This document shows positions 32,656 through 36,018 of a stretch of DNA of 36,018 nt, one piece after another; the stretch's first letter is position 1, and each line of letters begins with the position of its first letter. Position numbers and translations under genes: made by a program. This stretch comes from a virus, in IMG/VR virus record IMGVR_UViG_3300029305_003025, one strand, 5' to 3'. Under the pieces are notes generated by a model that ran no database searches, was not told the origin of the DNA, and worked only from the letters and a program-made list of their open reading frames with translations.

Positions 32656-33000
32656 ATGGAAGAGAATGGAATATATAAAGGCGGCACTTTAATAATAAAT
32701 TTAAATTCTATAGATGCAGTAGATAAAGATTATGTTTATGCGCAAGGAGATAAAGTTTTAGTAGCATTAAAAGAGTATAAAAATTCCGAAGAGAATATTT
32801 TATACGCTGAAGTAACACCAACTGCAGGAGCAACATCAGTTCAAAAGATATTCACAGCAGAGGAAACAGAAGAAAAATTGGAGTTAGATAAAACATACAT
32901 ATTACAAGCAGATTTGATAAATAAAAATGGAGTTTTTCCTATGTTGTTACAAAATTTGAAGGTTATTGGAAGAGCTATAATTCCTAATACAAAAGAGTAG
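32656..33000 (+). CDS. Hypothetical protein paired with fibre gene
   Basis: RBS AAGGAGG. Confidence 0.6.
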   Translation: MEENGIYKGGTLIINLNSIDAVDKDYVYAQGDKVLVALKEYKNSEENILYAEVTPTAGATSVQKIFTAEETEEKLELDKTYILQADLINKNGVFPMLLQNLKVIGRAIIPNTKE

Positions 33001-33008
33001 GTGATTAT

Positions 33009-34919
33009 ATGTCATATGTTAATAATATTGCAGGTAGTATTGATAATATAAACACAGTAGGGGAAATAGAATCTATAACAACAAACGGAAATGTAACAAC
33101 CATTACAGCTACAGCGCAAATAGTATCTAGTAATGTAATTGGTAGATTGGGGTTTGCTCAAGTAAATATTTCAAGTGAAGTAAAAGATGTATTAGTAAAT
33201 GGAGAAAGTGTATTAGATGAACAAGGAAATGCTAATATAGAAATACCAGAAATTGAAGAAATAGACCCAACAGTTCCAAAACACATTAAGGGAATAACAG
33301 AAGAAAACATAGAAAACTGGAACAACAAAAGTAATTTTAGTGGTAACTATGAAGATTTAAACAATAAACCAGAATTATTTAGTGGAGATTATAACGACTT
33401 AGAAAACAAACCAAAACTACCAAATAAAACAAGTGATTTATACAATGATAGTGGTTATATAACAGCAGAAGATATACCAGAATTTCCTGAAATACCAGAA
33501 ATACCACAACCAATAGAATATAAAGCAGATGATAATATAATTATAGAAGATGAAACAATAAAAGGATATACAAATACAGGATATAAAGTAATTGATGAAG
33601 ATATTAAATTACAAGATATAACACCAACAAGAACAACAGGAACAAATAAACAAGTTTATACTGACGCTGAAATTAGTATTATTTATGACGGAAGTAACAA
33701 GATTAGACGAGCAGTAAATGGGATTGATTTCGATGTAATTTCTTTGTCTTATACTTGTAAATCAATGTTTTATAATCCTAATATTAAAAGAATATACGGC
33801 TTGGCAAACGGTTATTTCTTGTATAGTGATGACAACGGAGAAACTTGGAACACAAAACAAAGCACCTATGCCAACGGAAGTGATTACATTACACAAGCAC
33901 AACCTCACGTTAGTGGATTAACAGCCGTAAACAAAAGCACTAAAACGTTATATGGATTAGGTGACAATTTCATTCAAAATAGTTCTATAAAAAGTACGAT
34001 TTCGCCAGATTTTGTAACGCAATTTAGTCAATATCAGTTTATATGGTGTAACAGTTCAGGAACTTTTAAATATGGTGCAGGAAGTCAAGAAGGTACATTT
34101 GCTTCTTTAAGTGGTGTTACCGTTAATATGCTTAAAACTGTTAATGGTAGACAGATAGTAGGGGTAAAGAATAGTAATAAGTTTTATATGATAAAAAATT
34201 TAAGTGGTGTAACAGGGAATGAGTGGATTCCTTATGATTTGCCTAATGTTTGTACAGTAAATGATATTATCTTTAATCCTTATGATGAAACATATTATAT
34301 TTTCACAGACGTAAATACATATTATAAAACAAAAGACCTTACAAACCCTGACAGTTTTGAGAGTGTAGACAAAGACGGACTGAGAGGGGTTCAAGGGCAT
34401 TTTACTTTAATGGGAATACAAATGACTACAACCGAACACGACAAACTACTGTTAGCACCTACAAGAACAAAAATAGAAAACAAATTACAAGAACACGATA
34501 GGGATTTAGATAAATCTCGTTGGGTTGGTAAAGGGCTAAAATTAACCGAAGAAGGTAAAGTAAATGTAAAAAGCAACACTGATAAAATAGGAGTTAATGA
34601 CTATGGATTATATCTAGGAATAATAGACCAAAATAATCTATCAGAAGATGTTATTGAAGCTTTATATGTAGCAAAAGCAACAATAAAACCTATGAGTCCA
34701 TATGAACTTGAAGAATGGTATTGGGGAGAAGGGTATCCTCAAGACGACAACTATGCTTGTCAAAAAATTGTATTTACCGAAGCAGGGAGTTTCATTGACC
34801 AAGTAAATTGGGAGGATGAAACATTTGTAGAAGAAGGCGAATTAGGTTATTTGTTTTGCGACCAAAACCAGACTATATTCAAATATGTAAAAATATGCAA
34901 TTTGAATTGGTTTAAATAA
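33009..34919 (+). CDS. Tail-fibre/receptor-binding-like protein
   Basis: N-terminal fibre-like repeats FSGNYEDLNNKPELFSGDYNDLENKPKLPNKTSDLYNDSGYIT; middle FLYSDDNGETWNT resembles BNR/propeller repeats. Confidence 0.7.
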   Translation: MSYVNNIAGSIDNINTVGEIESITTNGNVTTITATAQIVSSNVIGRLGFAQVNISSEVKDVLVNGESVLDEQGNANIEIPEIEEIDPTVPKHIKGITEENIENWNNKSNFSGNYEDLNNKPELFSGDYNDLENKPKLPNKTSDLYNDSGYITAEDIPEFPEIPEIPQPIEYKADDNIIIEDETIKGYTNTGYKVIDEDIKLQDITPTRTTGTNKQVYTDAEISIIYDGSNKIRRAVNGIDFDVISLSYTCKSMFYNPNIKRIYGLANGYFLYSDDNGETWNTKQSTYANGSDYITQAQPHVSGLTAVNKSTKTLYGLGDNFIQNSSIKSTISPDFVTQFSQYQFIWCNSSGTFKYGAGSQEGTFASLSGVTVNMLKTVNGRQIVGVKNSNKFYMIKNLSGVTGNEWIPYDLPNVCTVNDIIFNPYDETYYIFTDVNTYYKTKDLTNPDSFESVDKDGLRGVQGHFTLMGIQMTTTEHDKLLLAPTRTKIENKLQEHDRDLDKSRWVGKGLKLTEEGKVNVKSNTDKIGVNDYGLYLGIIDQNNLSEDVIEALYVAKATIKPMSPYELEEWYWGEGYPQDDNYACQKIVFTEAGSFIDQVNWEDETFVEEGELGYLFCDQNQTIFKYVKICNLNWFK

Positions 34920-34933
34920 AGGAGAGTGATAAA

Positions 34934-35119
34934 ATGGAAAAAGATGAATTAAAATGGTTGGATAGTATTCCAAAACTTTCTGATGAGAGAATTACATTGT
35001 ATATACAAGGTTTAACTATAGCGTTAGAAAGAGTGAAAAAAGATACAGTAGTAGCAATGCTAAATGAAAAATTAGGATGTTTAGAAGCAGAAGCAAGAAA
35101 AAGGAATTTGTCGGTCTAA
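34934..35119 (+). CDS. Hypothetical small protein
   Basis: GGAGAG RBS. Confidence 0.55.
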   Translation: MEKDELKWLDSIPKLSDERITLYIQGLTIALERVKKDTVVAMLNEKLGCLEAEARKRNLSV

Positions 35120-35335
35120 ACGCCTAAAATCAAGGCATATAAGATGTTGCCTTTAAAATATAAAAGCCTTAAAATCGATTCTCATGTGTCGATTTTTTGA
35201 CGAAATTTCAATATTTTTCAGCGTTTACAAGATTCGACAAACTTCGCAAAAAAGATGTGTTATAATATAACAAATTAGATATATAGATATAGGGTGAAAG
35301 AGGGCTAGCTATTATGGCTAGTCTTTTTTCATTTT

Positions 35336-35349
35336 TCCACCATAGTGGA
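35336..35349. promoter_or_regulatory. Inverted repeat TCCAC-CATA-GTGGA, left of XRE gene
   Basis: Same motif recurs at 35659-35674. Confidence 0.6.
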
Positions 35350-35401
35350 TAAAAAGTATGATACAAAGCAAAAAGTACATACTAAACACAAAGGTGGTAA
35401 A

Positions 35402-35602
35402 ATGAGAGTAGAAATATTATTGAAAGATGTACGAATGAAGAAAGGATATAGTTTGCAAGAGTTGTCTAGAATAACAGGTATATCAACATCACATTTAAAC
35501 TATATTGAAAACAACGAAAGAGAACCTACAATTTCTATGTTAATCAGAATAGCATTAGCGTTAAAAGTAGATGAAAGAGAATTATATAAAATTATAAAAT
35601 AG
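35402..35602 (+). CDS. XRE-family regulator
   Basis: KKGYSLQELSRITGISTSHLNYIENNEREPTISMLIRIALAL. Confidence 0.88.
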   Translation: MRVEILLKDVRMKKGYSLQELSRITGISTSHLNYIENNEREPTISMLIRIALALKVDERELYKIIK

Positions 35603-35658
35603 GTGTATGAACAATACATCTATTTTTTTCGTAAATGATTTTGGGCGTTTCATAAAAT

Positions 35659-35674
35659 ATCCACCATAGTGGAT
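35659..35674. promoter_or_regulatory. Inverted repeat ATCCAC-CATA-GTGGAT, right of XRE gene
   Basis: Matches the left copy over CCACCATAGTGGAT. Confidence 0.6.
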
Positions 35675-35711
35675 GAGAAAAATTTTATTTTTCATGTAGG
35701 AGGAATAATAT

Positions 35712-35837
35712 ATGGAAAATAAAATTGTAGAAGAAGAAATATATCAGAGAATAAAAAAAGAGATGAATAAAAATGGAAACTGGTTTACTGTGGAAGAGTT
35801 GAAAACAGTGAAAAAGCTCCTAAAAAAATTGACGTAA
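35712..35837 (+). CDS. 41-aa protein MENKIVEEEIYQRIKKEMNKNGNWFTVEELKTVKKLLKKLT
   Basis: GTAGGAGG RBS. Confidence 0.45.
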   Translation: MENKIVEEEIYQRIKKEMNKNGNWFTVEELKTVKKLLKKLT

Positions 35838-35850
35838 TTTTGACGTAATT
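35829..35850 (+). repeat. Tandem 11-bp arm-type site (TTGACGTAATT x2), right
   Basis: Exact copy of 176-197. Confidence 0.7.
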
Positions 35851-35968
35851 TATATGAAAAAGTGTGTATTTTTATGCTTAACAATGCATTTATATGATTA
35901 AGGGGAAATCTTACAACTGCAATAGATTTATTGATTTTTAAAGAAATTGGGGAAAGTGCTAAATACAC

Positions 35969-36013
<45 letters not shown>

Positions 36014-36018
36014 ATGTG

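Overview
The window is essentially one complete, compact (~36 kb), very AT-rich temperate siphovirus-like prophage of a low-GC Firmicute/Clostridia-type host. It is integrated in a tRNA-Gly(TCC) gene: the intact tRNA is at 54-127, and a 44-bp core repeat occurs at 84-127 and ~35969-36012. Module order is integrase and S24 repressor (minus strand), Cro/Xis-like regulators, SNF2-type helicase, VRR-NUC nuclease, Cas4/RecB-like nuclease, Sak4-like ATPase, DUF669-like protein, primase-helicase, small early genes, ArpU-like regulator, HNH, terminase S/L, portal, ClpP-type protease, capsid, head-tail, tail tube, gpG/gpGT with a canonical -1 slippery site, tape measure, tail/baseplate, holin/amidase, fibre, and right-end XRE regulator. 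The standout observation is that many genes look broken in the ORF track, and 10 of the breaks (in 8 genes) share one signature. Each has an in-frame CGG codon followed by A or G, and skipping exactly the C (reading C|GGA or C|GGG, +1) restores a long frame, usually with a recognisable family motif having Gly at that position. I found no in-frame CGG in any other supported gene, including the 1136-codon tape measure. Two genes need two such shifts and are restored by applying the rule twice. This is better explained by systematic +1 recoding at an unassigned or starved CGG codon than by random pseudogenisation. Additional candidates are a structured non-coding region at ~14.06-14.25 kb, an iteron-like origin at ~9.53-9.70 kb, duplicated integrase arm sites at both ends, operator repeats, two moron cassettes, and a possible +1 shift at a UGA (11118). 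All family calls are by eye, and base coordinates near the right end may be off by 1.
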